Part shown: one piece after another, positions 42,749-52,900 of the stretch
Layout: the number at the start of each line of letters is the position of its first letter
Numbering within the stretch: position 1 is the first letter of the stretch
Source of the DNA: Cyanobacteriota bacterium
GTDB taxonomy: Bacteria > Cyanobacteriota > Cyanobacteriia > Cyanobacteriales > Nostocaceae
Direction: 5' to 3'
Assembly: GCA_046045965.1 (NCBI GenBank)
Contig: JBJOKS010000002.1
Location: 167,138 to 231,137, forward strand
DNA: 64,000 nucleotides
Made by a program: the position numbers and the translations under genes
Notes under the pieces: generated by a model
What the model saw: only the letters and a program-made list of their open reading frames with translations
Databases searched by the model: none
What the model was told of the DNA's origin: nothing

Positions 42749-43128
42749 CAGGTGACAGTGAGGGAATAGTGATTAAGTCTCATCATTTTTCTGCAATTTT
42801 ACCAGTTCAAAAGACTGTTTTTAATTGGCAGAAAACAGATTTTATGGCAGTGTTAAAAAAAGCTGCTGATACTGCTGAACTAACCGTAGTAGATGAAGTG
42901 AGTTTTGCATTTCAACCACAGGGAATATCAGCAGTTATTTTATTAGCAGAGTCTCATATAGCATTGCACTTTTGGCCAGAAGAAAGTAAAGTAACAATTG
43001 ATATTCATATCTGTGATTATCAACAAGATAATTTAGCAAAAGCGCAACTTTTAACACGGATACTCACACAAGAAGTTAGTAGTTGTGAATATTTGAATAA
43101 TTGGCATTATTTATCTATTAGTGGTTAG
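42745..43128 (+). CDS. speD: Pyruvoyl-dependent S-adenosylmethionine decarboxylase family proenzyme
   Basis: FQPQGISAVILLAESHIALHFWPE (E-S self-cleavage site) and DIHIC; start may be GTG 42769. Confidence 0.85.
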   Translation: MTGDSEGIVIKSHHFSAILPVQKTVFNWQKTDFMAVLKKAADTAELTVVDEVSFAFQPQGISAVILLAESHIALHFWPEESKVTIDIHICDYQQDNLAKAQLLTRILTQEVSSCEYLNNWHYLSISG

Positions 43129-43267
43129 CTCACTATTCTGCATTTTTGTGGGCTACAATTATTTAATTAATAACGAACCGCAGAGACGCAGAGGACGCAG
43201 AGAAAACTATTAGGTTGGTAATGCTACTCTAAAACTAATTTTTAATTTTTACCCACACCCCTACTGT

Positions 43268-44137
43268 TTAAAAACACCAAGCAATTAAAAAAGAAGCCGC
43301 AATATACGCAAAAGCTTCAATTAAACCTGCACCCACATTAGGTATTTCTTGGTTAACAATTTCATCAGAAATTTTTACTCCAGGAACTAAAATCAAATCT
43401 GCTAACCAACGAATTCCGACTAAAGAAAGCAAGCAAAATAATAGAGTTAAACCATATTGAGTAAAACTAACCAACCAATTTGTAAACTCCGGGTAAAAAG
43501 CTACTCTCACAATATTACCAGTTGCAATTAATAACCCTGCTAAAGCGACACCTGCGGCGGGGTTATTGCGTTTTTCTATTTCCGCAAATACATTATATTT
43601 AGTCACACGGGGATAAAGAGAACTGACTAAAATAAGTACCACTAAACCTATTAACCAACATACCAAAGATACCCACCAACCACCATTTTCACCACCTAAA
43701 GCCGAATTTAAAATTAAGCCATTAGCAATGTGATTTCCTGCTTCTACATTAGCTGCACCCAAATTTCTATCTTGAATAATTTCCCGTTCACAATTAAATT
43801 GACGTAAAATAAATTTATCTCCTACCCATGCACCAGCTAACATAAATAAAATTACTGTTGCACCATAGGTAGCTAAATTAATAATTTTATCTTGCCAATT
43901 AACAGCACTTTGTCCTAAAACCCCACCCAAAGCAATGACAATACCAAAATAATAACCTACTAAAGCGATCGCCACAGCAGGATTATCTTTAACAAACAAT
44001 TCTAAATTCAATTCTAAGCGTGTACGAAATAACTTTTGATAAGCTAATTGTCCTACCCAAAATAAGCCAAAACCTATGATTAATTCTATAATGATAATCC
44101 CTGATTGATTGAGAAAATTCATAATAATTTCATTCAT
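43268..44137 (-). CDS. DUF350 membrane protein (tandem DUF350 units)
   Basis: Repeated ELFVKDNPAVAI / EIIQDRNLGAA / EIEKRNNPAAGV / EIVNQEIPNVGAG motifs between TM hairpins. Confidence 0.85.
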   Translation of the reverse strand: MNEIIMNFLNQSGIIIIELIIGFGLFWVGQLAYQKLFRTRLELNLELFVKDNPAVAIALVGYYFGIVIALGGVLGQSAVNWQDKIINLATYGATVILFMLAGAWVGDKFILRQFNCEREIIQDRNLGAANVEAGNHIANGLILNSALGGENGGWWVSLVCWLIGLVVLILVSSLYPRVTKYNVFAEIEKRNNPAAGVALAGLLIATGNIVRVAFYPEFTNWLVSFTQYGLTLLFCLLSLVGIRWLADLILVPGVKISDEIVNQEIPNVGAGLIEAFAYIAASFLIAWCF

Positions 44138-45197
44138 TTTTACCACCTGATAAATTTTGGAATAAACTAATTAATGTATCTGCTAATTGGTCATAGAAAA
44201 AGTAATCATGAGCGCCAATAGTTTTGATATGTGTACCGCCAAACTGACTTTTAAACTGAGAAAATTTTGTATAACCGTGATTAGTATCACGAGTAAAACC
44301 ATAGAAATCATAAACTTGACAACCGCGAAGTTTTGCCCTTTGGATAGCTTGCCAATGTAAGCCATAATTTGCCATTACTTGTCTATGTAATAAGCTACTA
44401 CCACCATATAAATAAGTTGCAGTCTGACCACAATATACTACTAAAATAGCAGCTAATATTTCTCCATTCCAAGTAGCTAAACCAATTTCTGCCATATTCT
44501 CTTTAAATAAGGTTTGACAGAGATTAATAAAAAATCCATAAGCTTCACCAAAAAACTCTTGACGTTCTACAGTTTCCCAAAACAAATCATAGAATATGGG
44601 GATATTTTGGGAATCATTACTAAATTCAATTTTTACACCATAACGTTGACTCAGACGAATATTGTAACGCCCTTTTGGTTTCATAGATGCGAAAATTTCA
44701 TCTGTATTGGGGCGTAAATCAATTAATAAAGTTTCACAAGGTAATAAGTCAGCAGGTGCGCGAACAAAATCTTTAAAATAATCAGGTTTTTCCTGCGATA
44801 ATGGTTCAATTCGCAGAGCGATCGCACCCTGTTCTCGTGCTATAATCTCCCCTTTCTCTAACAATAACTGCATACCTATTTCTGGATTATTTTCTGGTAA
44901 AATAGGACCTCCAGGAGTAAATAATAAATTGGCTTTATTGGTATGGGGATATAAATAATAAATGCACCCACCCACCAATTCATCATTTAAAAATAATCCA
45001 TAGTGCCAGGTTTTATAACCTTCTAATTCTTTAAAATTAGCCCAAATGGAAGTTTGCATAAAACAACCAAATTGAGAAGATTTAACCAGCAAATCCCAAC
45101 TTGTAATTTCGGAAGTTTTTAATTCTCTAACAGTTAAGGATAAACTGTTGTTAACTGATGAAGTTTGAGAATAATTCTTAATGTTATTAAATTTCAT
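44130..45197 (-). CDS. FemAB/FemX-family (GNAT-fold, aminoacyl-tRNA-dependent) peptidyltransferase
   Basis: FMQTSIWANFK, GGP, KGRYNIR, YLYGGS, YDFYG and QFKSQFGG. Confidence 0.88.
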   Translation of the reverse strand: MKFNNIKNYSQTSSVNNSLSLTVRELKTSEITSWDLLVKSSQFGCFMQTSIWANFKELEGYKTWHYGLFLNDELVGGCIYYLYPHTNKANLLFTPGGPILPENNPEIGMQLLLEKGEIIAREQGAIALRIEPLSQEKPDYFKDFVRAPADLLPCETLLIDLRPNTDEIFASMKPKGRYNIRLSQRYGVKIEFSNDSQNIPIFYDLFWETVERQEFFGEAYGFFINLCQTLFKENMAEIGLATWNGEILAAILVVYCGQTATYLYGGSSLLHRQVMANYGLHWQAIQRAKLRGCQVYDFYGFTRDTNHGYTKFSQFKSQFGGTHIKTIGAHDYFFYDQLADTLISLFQNLSGGKNE

Positions 45198-46642
45198 TGA
45201 TTACTATTCCGCCAACGTTTGATAATGCTATATAACCAATAACCTCCAAGATAAGTTAATACAAAACCTAAACCTTTCCAATCAGAATTACCACCACCGG
45301 AACTACTACTGCTACTACTCCTACCATAAGATGAACCTTTCGCAAATACCGAATCTGGTGCTACTAAATTAGCCATTAACAGCGTTATAGATAACAAAGT
45401 AATAAATTCAACCATTTTGGGATTTAACGTTCCTAAAGGCTGATTAGAGTTAAGTTTATCTGCGAAACTTCTCAATTCCCTAGCAATCTGCGGTGGTAAT
45501 TCCTGCGCTCTAGATAGTAAGGTATTTATTAACTGTTTAAGGTCTATTTCCGATAATAATCCTTGGAGATTATCTAACCAAGATGTTATCATCTTAGGGT
45601 CATGGTAGGGATGGCGTACTGGTACAAATTGATTGATATTTGATAAGTCTTTTTCTGCATCGGGAGCAGCATAAATATTTTCTAACCAAAACTTAGCTAC
45701 AGTTTCTAAATCTAGGGAATTAATATTTTCTATTTCTGCATTTACCTGTTCATCAATATCTAAAAAATCCACATATTCACCGGAGTTTAATGGTAGAGTT
45801 TCTGGTTTCGCTGGATAATTCAAAAGATAATAAAATAACTGTTCATTTTCCAGAGTGTGAATAGTGACTTGATGACGAGATGCTGCTATTGATTCCTCAA
45901 ATATAAAGACTGGCAATAACTTTTCCCGTGTTAAATAATTTAAATTATTTGGGAAGTAAATATTTTCTATTTCCGTCCTCAGAATACCCTGTGATGAACC
46001 CAAAAAGAAACCCCAATTACCATAACCATGTCCCCGAAATGAGGGAATTTCAATTTGTAAGGGTTTAGTGAATAAATTTACTGATAACAATGTTTGATAC
46101 AAACACCAAAAAGCTTGATTATTTCTCGTTGGTGAAACACCATTTACCGCAAGAATTCCAGAGGTAATTAAAATGCGGTTAACTTCTTGAAACCATTGCT
46201 GACTATAAATTTTTGCTTCTTCAGCAGAATTAGGACAAGTGAAATCACAAATCACAACATGATAACAATCATCAGCCAATTCTCTAGCAAATCCAAAAGC
46301 TTCTTGAGTGTAGACATTTACTTTATCATCTTCTAAACTGCCTAAATTATAAGGTTTAAATACCGTGTTAGCTAATTCAATTACATCTGGATTATAGTCT
46401 ACCAAATCAATTTTTTTAACTTGCTCAAAACGGAGTACATCCCTAGCAGCTAAACCATCACCACCCCCACAAATCAAAACCCGTAAATCTGTATCAGGAA
46501 ATCTTTGTATTGCTAAAGCTATCGTAGGAATTACCAGATGTTCATGATAAATTGCTTCATCAGCACTATCAAACTGCAAATCTCCATTGATATAAAAGGC
46601 AATACCATGATCATAGTTTTCAATAAATAAGGAAGTAGACAT
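45194..46642 (-). CDS. Spermidine-synthase-like aminopropyltransferase with a long C-terminal membrane extension
   Basis: YINGDLQFDSADEAIYHEHL, VLICGGGDGLAARDVL, LVDY, ICDFTCP and IPSF..WGF; two C-terminal hydrophobic segments flank a Ser/Gly-rich loop. Confidence 0.85.
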   Translation of the reverse strand: MSTSLFIENYDHGIAFYINGDLQFDSADEAIYHEHLVIPTIALAIQRFPDTDLRVLICGGGDGLAARDVLRFEQVKKIDLVDYNPDVIELANTVFKPYNLGSLEDDKVNVYTQEAFGFARELADDCYHVVICDFTCPNSAEEAKIYSQQWFQEVNRILITSGILAVNGVSPTRNNQAFWCLYQTLLSVNLFTKPLQIEIPSFRGHGYGNWGFFLGSSQGILRTEIENIYFPNNLNYLTREKLLPVFIFEESIAASRHQVTIHTLENEQLFYYLLNYPAKPETLPLNSGEYVDFLDIDEQVNAEIENINSLDLETVAKFWLENIYAAPDAEKDLSNINQFVPVRHPYHDPKMITSWLDNLQGLLSEIDLKQLINTLLSRAQELPPQIARELRSFADKLNSNQPLGTLNPKMVEFITLLSITLLMANLVAPDSVFAKGSSYGRSSSSSSSGGGNSDWKGLGFVLTYLGGYWLYSIIKRWRNSNQ

Positions 46643-46649
46643 AGAAACT

Positions 46650-47294
46650 TTACCCAAATATAATTAATAATATACCAGTTGAGAAAACTATAATTGCCAG
46701 TATTAACTCAGTCATTAAAGGGCTGGTAAAAATTGTCATCTGGCGTTGGGGACCCACACCTTTTTGAATATTGGAAAATTCTTTAGGCTGGACTACTTTA
46801 GTGGAGTAAATATCTAATTTTCGATTAGGAAAAGCTTCTATTGCTAAATTCACAAAATGGTCCTTGTCCCAATAATCCCAAGTAATTCGAGATTTTGTTT
46901 TTCCTTTAGCATCATAACTTCCTTCAGTTTGCGAATCGAAATAATAGGTCTTATAAAAAAGTTTCAATTCTGGATAGGGTGTAGTTAATGCTTGCATTTC
47001 CTGCCATAATCTAGGTACTATATCTTCTTGAGAGTTTGGCAGATATAAATGCACATTTTCCAACAAATTGGAAATATACCAAGTTACAGAATTAAGTTCT
47101 TCCGTGGGGTCATATTCTCGCAACAAGTAATATTCTGACCCACCTGATGATACTAACAACCATTCATCTGTTTGATAACCTTGGGGGTCTTGATAGGTGC
47201 TGTAATCTTTTATATCCCAGTCTACACTAGAATACATGACGCGATCGCCTGGACGCAAGCCATGAAGTTGAGTTTCAATACCAGTTGTATACAT
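46650..47294 (-). CDS. DUF4178-like protein with C-terminal TM
   Basis: LRPGDRV...YQTDEWLL..YYLLRE and WDY..LAIE pattern; first gene of a DUF350/SpeE operon; ATG 47294 likely start. Confidence 0.7.
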   Translation of the reverse strand: MYTTGIETQLHGLRPGDRVMYSSVDWDIKDYSTYQDPQGYQTDEWLLVSSGGSEYYLLREYDPTEELNSVTWYISNLLENVHLYLPNSQEDIVPRLWQEMQALTTPYPELKLFYKTYYFDSQTEGSYDAKGKTKSRITWDYWDKDHFVNLAIEAFPNRKLDIYSTKVVQPKEFSNIQKGVGPQRQMTIFTSPLMTELILAIIVFSTGILLIIFG

Positions 47295-47518
47295 ACAGGT
47301 TGAACTATGAATAACTGTAAATTCCACAACCGAGTTGAGATTTACATCACTATATAATCTATTTCTCGTTTTTTGCTAGAAAATTTTAAATCACTTTACA
47401 CAATAGTATACTTCCGCAATTTTAAGTATAAGATATTACAAATATAAGGCTAAAAAATCCCCGAATTTTTTAATAACTCAGGGATACGGGTAAACTAACT
47501 GCTGAATTTTGCTGTAAC

Positions 47519-48526
47519 TTAGTTACCCTGAAAATAAACATCTCGGATAGGAAAGGGAATTTGAATTCCTTCTTGTTGATAGCGTTTATGTAACTTCTTG
47601 ACAAACAAATGTTTACCAATACGCTGATCAAAATATTCACTGACCCGCATATAAAGAGTATAGTCTATACTGCAATCATTGAAAGTGTGAAACCTGATAT
47701 AAGGTTCATTTTCAATTAATTCTGGTGCAATTTCCTGCATAACTTCTTTAGCGACTTCTACAGTCACTTTTTCTACTAATTCCAAATCACTATCATAACT
47801 AACACCCACATTCATAGTTAAAGTAATTTCTTTTGCAGGGAGATGATAATTAGTAAAAATTGCCGAAGCCAACTTAGAATTAGGGACAATAATCACATTA
47901 TTAGAAATTTCCTTGATCGTCGTATTTCGCCAATTAATATCTGTGACATAACCCTGATGACCATCATCTAATTTGACATAATCTCCGGTTCTTACCTGCT
48001 TAGAAATAACCAAATAAAAACCAGAGAATAAATTAGCCAAAGTATCTTGAAGAGCTAAACCTACAGCTAAACCTCCAATTCCCAACGTCGTTACTATGGG
48101 AGTAATTTCAATCCCCACAGTTTGCAAAAGGATTAAAGTTCCTAAAACTAAAACAACAGTTTTAGCCAGATTAGAAAGTAGTGATGTAGAAACTCCTTCA
48201 GTTCTTTGGACAAATAAATTTACAAAGCCAGATGTTAGTCTAGCTAATACCAAAGTCACCGAATACAGTAAAAATATAGTCAGAATTTTTTGCAGAACAT
48301 TAGCAATATCAGGCTTGACAGGAGAACTCAGAATAGCCCAAAAAAAACCTGCCAAAACAAACCAAATAAAGGTCATTCTGTGCAGTGATTGAAATATCAC
48401 CTCACTCCCAGGAATTTGTTTATTAATAACAAATGTTTTCAGCTTTTTGAAAACAACTTTTTCACCAATTATTCCCGCTATTAAGCCAGCCAGAATAAAT
48501 GCAAGCGGTATAATCCATTGCATCAT
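47519..48526 (-). CDS. Small-conductance mechanosensitive channel (MscS family)
   Basis: GIGGLAVGLALQDTLANLFSG, GDYV, INWRNT, VPNS, GVSYDSD and IPFP. Confidence 0.95.
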   Translation of the reverse strand: MMQWIIPLAFILAGLIAGIIGEKVVFKKLKTFVINKQIPGSEVIFQSLHRMTFIWFVLAGFFWAILSSPVKPDIANVLQKILTIFLLYSVTLVLARLTSGFVNLFVQRTEGVSTSLLSNLAKTVVLVLGTLILLQTVGIEITPIVTTLGIGGLAVGLALQDTLANLFSGFYLVISKQVRTGDYVKLDDGHQGYVTDINWRNTTIKEISNNVIIVPNSKLASAIFTNYHLPAKEITLTMNVGVSYDSDLELVEKVTVEVAKEVMQEIAPELIENEPYIRFHTFNDCSIDYTLYMRVSEYFDQRIGKHLFVKKLHKRYQQEGIQIPFPIRDVYFQGN

Positions 48527-48935
48527 AGTTACTTTGAAATTTACAACTTAAACAACATAAATTTAGGGTATCAGCATTACCTGATTATTTGCCAAAAAAA
48601 TCGCTGAAAATATTTTCCAAGTCAGGTAATTTATATTTTTAGCTTTTCGGTAACAGCTAGAACCTGGGTATCAATGTAATTGGTAAGGAAAATCTCTGTA
48701 TAATAGTAATCTGCCTAAACAAAAATTTATGATACATTATTATAGCAGTCATAAATCATTTTCGATAGGATGGCTAAAACCAGACAAATACTTAAAAAAT
48801 TAGTAATTTTTATGACTTCAAAAGTATATATAAATTTATTGTTCTATTGATCACAATCTGGCCTTAGACTGATTTTTTAGACTTATCCTCAGTAGTTGTC
48901 AACCTAAAAATCTCTCGGTGTACCTCACCTAAGTA

Positions 48936-49853
48936 ATGGAACTGCCAATTATTTACCATCAAGATTATATTGCCCCTCTACCGCCTGGACATCGCTTTCC
49001 CATGTCCAAATTCCAACAACTATATGAATTGCTGTTAACAGACAGGGTAGCACACCCAAAACAGTTTCACATACCTGAACCTCCACAGCAAGAATTAATT
49101 GAATTAGTCCACACCAAAAGTTATGTACAAGCTTACTGCGAAGGAACATTAGAACCAAAAGCACAAAGACGCATCGGTTTACCTTGGAGTCCAGCTTTAG
49201 TAAATCGTACCTGTGTCGCATTAGGTGGAACAATACTAACAGCCAAATTAGCAATAAATCAAGGTTTAGCTTGCAATACTGCGGGTGGAACTCATCATGC
49301 TTTTCCTAATTATGGATCAGGTTTTTGTATTTTCAATGATTTAGCAGTTGCTTCCCGCATAATTCAAAAATTAGGACTTGCTAAAAAGATTTTAATCGTC
49401 GATTTAGACGTACATCAAGGAGATGGAACCGCCTTTATATTTCAAAATGATCACAGCGTTTTTACATTTTCCATGCACTGCGAAATTAACTTCCCTGGTA
49501 CAAAACAAATCAGTGATTTAGATGTACCCTTACCAATAGGAATGGAAGACGATGCTTATTTACAAACATTAGCTAATTATCTACCAGACTTGCTAACAGA
49601 AATTAAACCAGATATAGTATTTTATGATGCTGGAGTTGATACCCACATTGATGATAAACTTGGCAAACTAGCCCTAACAGACACAGGCATTTTTCGCCGA
49701 GAAATGCAAGTTTTAAGCACCTGTGTTAGTGCTGGTTATCCAGTAGCTTGTGTTATTGGTGGTGGTTATGCAGATGATATGAAATCCCTAGTTTGGAGAC
49801 ATTCTCTATTACATCGAGCAGCCAGCCAAACCTACCAACAATTTCATCTTTAA
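48936..49853 (+). CDS. Histone-deacetylase-family Zn amidohydrolase
   Basis: HRFPMSKF, GGTHHA, GFCIFND, DLDVHQGDGT, AGVD and GGGY. Confidence 0.95.
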   Translation: MELPIIYHQDYIAPLPPGHRFPMSKFQQLYELLLTDRVAHPKQFHIPEPPQQELIELVHTKSYVQAYCEGTLEPKAQRRIGLPWSPALVNRTCVALGGTILTAKLAINQGLACNTAGGTHHAFPNYGSGFCIFNDLAVASRIIQKLGLAKKILIVDLDVHQGDGTAFIFQNDHSVFTFSMHCEINFPGTKQISDLDVPLPIGMEDDAYLQTLANYLPDLLTEIKPDIVFYDAGVDTHIDDKLGKLALTDTGIFRREMQVLSTCVSAGYPVACVIGGGYADDMKSLVWRHSLLHRAASQTYQQFHL

Positions 49854-49923
49854 CCCCAAAAATAAACCTACCTTTTCTCTTCCTATTTGCGCGTCTGCGT
49901 GAGAAAAAAATCCAGGAGCATCC

Positions 49924-52900
49924 ATGTCAAACTTACTCAAAAAACACAACTCAGAAGCCTGGGGATACAGTTTATTAAATTCGACAATTGATAGTTTAAT
50001 TCGCAACTTTGAAGGTCAAGAAACAGTTAAATTATATCCTGATTTCCGAGAAAGAAAAGAACGCGCTCATGAGTTAATTTTTGAATGTGTAGGTAAACAA
50101 CCTTGCCTATTTTATATTCGTCGTCAAGGTACAGGAAAAGAAACAGGAGAAGAAATTTGGGATTTAACAATAGCTACAGATGAAAGTGAATTTAAACTAC
50201 CCAAAAGATTAAAAGAGCTAAATAAAACTTTAGGAATTAGAGCAGCAGTTAAAAAAAATGGAACTGGCGGTTTAAAGATTCTTTCAGTTTATTTATTACA
50301 ACCAGCACGGGGACAAACTGATGCTTATGCTTTACCTTTGTGCTTGCAGTTAGTTCCTAGTCATCATGAACCTATAAATATTTCCACCAAGCTATTAGCA
50401 CAAATAGCTAAAATGCCAATATGCGGTAATCATGTACCAACAGAAGATCAACTACAAGCCTGGAAAGCATTTTTAAAAGTTGAAGAACGCATTGCTAAAG
50501 CCAGACAATTTTGTGCAAATTTCTCCAACTTAAAATATAACACACATAAAAAAGAAATTGCCTTTCAAATTAATATTAACTCAGCTACTCTTGACGGTGA
50601 TGAAGAAAATTATTTAGATGAAGAAAACTTTTGGGAACGGGTAAGAAAGGCGAAAAGTCAAGATATCAAATTTTCTGATTCCATACCTACAGAAAAAAAT
50701 CGCCGCAGTAGTCGTCAAATTGGAACTATTGAAAAAATTGACCAAAAAAATAATATTATCCACATCAGACTTGAACGCGATTTAGTAGAATATATAGCAG
50801 CAGGAAATTATCAACTACCAACAAAAGGATACTTATTTTTTGATGCTGCTGGAGATATCAAACAAATTGAACGCAAAGAAAAAGCCTTAGAACAATTAAG
50901 ACAAGGACGCACCCAAAACCCCTATTTAGGTGACTTCTTATTTGACGCTTCCCAAGCTAGAGCTATTAAAAAAACCGTCAAACTCAAAGCCAAAGACTTG
51001 TTATTATCTGCTGCAAATTCAGGTCAAAAAGCATCTGTAGAAAAGGTACTAGCAGCAGAAGATTTAGTTTTAATTCAAGGACCACCAGGAACAGGTAAAA
51101 CTACCGTAATTGCGGAAATTTGCTATCAAATTGCTTTGCGTGGTGGACGCACATTGATTACTTCTCAAGCGAATTTAGCAGTTGATAACGCCTTGAGTCG
51201 ATTAGTTCACAACCCAGTTATTCGCGCTGTTAGAAAAGGAAAAGCTGAAAAAGTTGGAGAAGAAGGACAAGCATTTTTAGAAGATCAAGTAATTGATAGA
51301 TGGCTAGACAATACTGCTACCGACTGCGAAAATAATCTTGCTCAACGTCGGGAAAATATCTACATTCTCCGACAATTATTAGCTTCATTACAGCAGTTTA
51401 CAGATTATTTAAAATCTGAAGAAGATTTGCATGAGCAACAAAATAAATTGAAAGAAGAGAAAATAAAATTAGAGGATATTTACAAAAAGCAAGAATTAGT
51501 TTACAATGAAGTTTTAGCAAATAAAAATGAAATAGAATTACTCATTAATGGTTTGAAAAATATTCTCAAAAAACCACAAAATATCAATTGGGACGACTCA
51601 GACGTTAAAGAATTTTTACCCCGTCTTCAACCTTATACAGTAGAAAATAAGCGAGTAGAAAATTTCCGGGAAAATGTCCGTCAAGCTATCAAATATACAG
51701 ATGAACTTGGTTTTGTTCGTCCTGCGCGTGGTGCATTTGGTTTAGCTGTTTGGTTGCAAGAAACTGTAGCAAAAGAAATTTCTGAATCTAAAATAGCATT
51801 CAGTTATGCTCATGATGCAATTGAAGCTATGTCAGAATTAGCAACATTAGTAAAGGGTTTTAAACAGAGTTCTACATATTTGCATCAGTTACAAACAGAG
51901 TATCAGCAATTTCTTAATCAGGGAAAAAGTTTACAACCAACAATTCAAATTTGGGAAAACCGGAAACGAGAAATTGATTATATTATTGAAGCAGTTAAAG
52001 AATGGAAAATTACAGCTTATTCCCATCTTTATCAAGTTTTGAAAAATTGTCAACAATCTGATTTACCATTAACAGATAATTTGTTGAATTTACCACTAGG
52101 TTTATTGATGTTTGCTAATAACCTGAAAATACCCATATTACCCAAAAATTATCAAATTCAATTACCAGAATGGAAACTATTAACAAAAGCAATTTCCTAT
52201 GAGATAGAGGGTAAATTTAGTGATAGACGGGGTAAACAGCATAATTTCAGCTATTTTGTGCAGCAAAGTTTTAGTCAAATTCCAATGGTATTAGAAAAGA
52301 GCGATCGCACCAAATGGCAAGAAATTTATCAACAGTTTGAAGATTATCAATTACTCACCTCTAAACAGCGAAAATTGCTAGTTGAAAATACCCAATCTTT
52401 TTTAATTCAACTGCAAAAAAATTACAGCACATCCTATGAATTAAATAACATCGACTCTACTCTAACTCGAATTACTCAAGAATTACTAGATACCATTCTT
52501 GCAAATGCTCGTCAATGCGTTTTCAAATTAAAAACTGAAGCAGAACAACAGCTTAATATTTTACAAAAACAACAAACACAATTACCTCAACTTCCCAAAA
52601 ATGCTATTACCCAAGAACAAATATTAGCAACTCAATCTCAGGTAGAAAAAGCCAGTCAAGATGCTAACTTACAGCTTCAAAAAGTTGTCAATATTTTGGA
52701 AGAATTGAATAAACAACCAAATTTACCTTTAAAATTGCGTAATCTCACACAACAATATTTAGCCACACAATCAAATATTTGGGAACAGCATCAAGAATTT
52801 GCCAAGCAGGTAAATATTTGTGAAAATTCCATTACTCAGCTTGAAACCTTAACTTCCTCATTAGATGCTATTGCTATCTTAGAAATCATTAAAGACTCAT

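Noticed and set aside
48936..49853. HDAC-family gene as the acetylpolyamine deacetylase of the polyamine operon
   Set aside because: It is separated by mscS, divergently oriented and of a type common in cyanobacteria; proximity alone is insufficient
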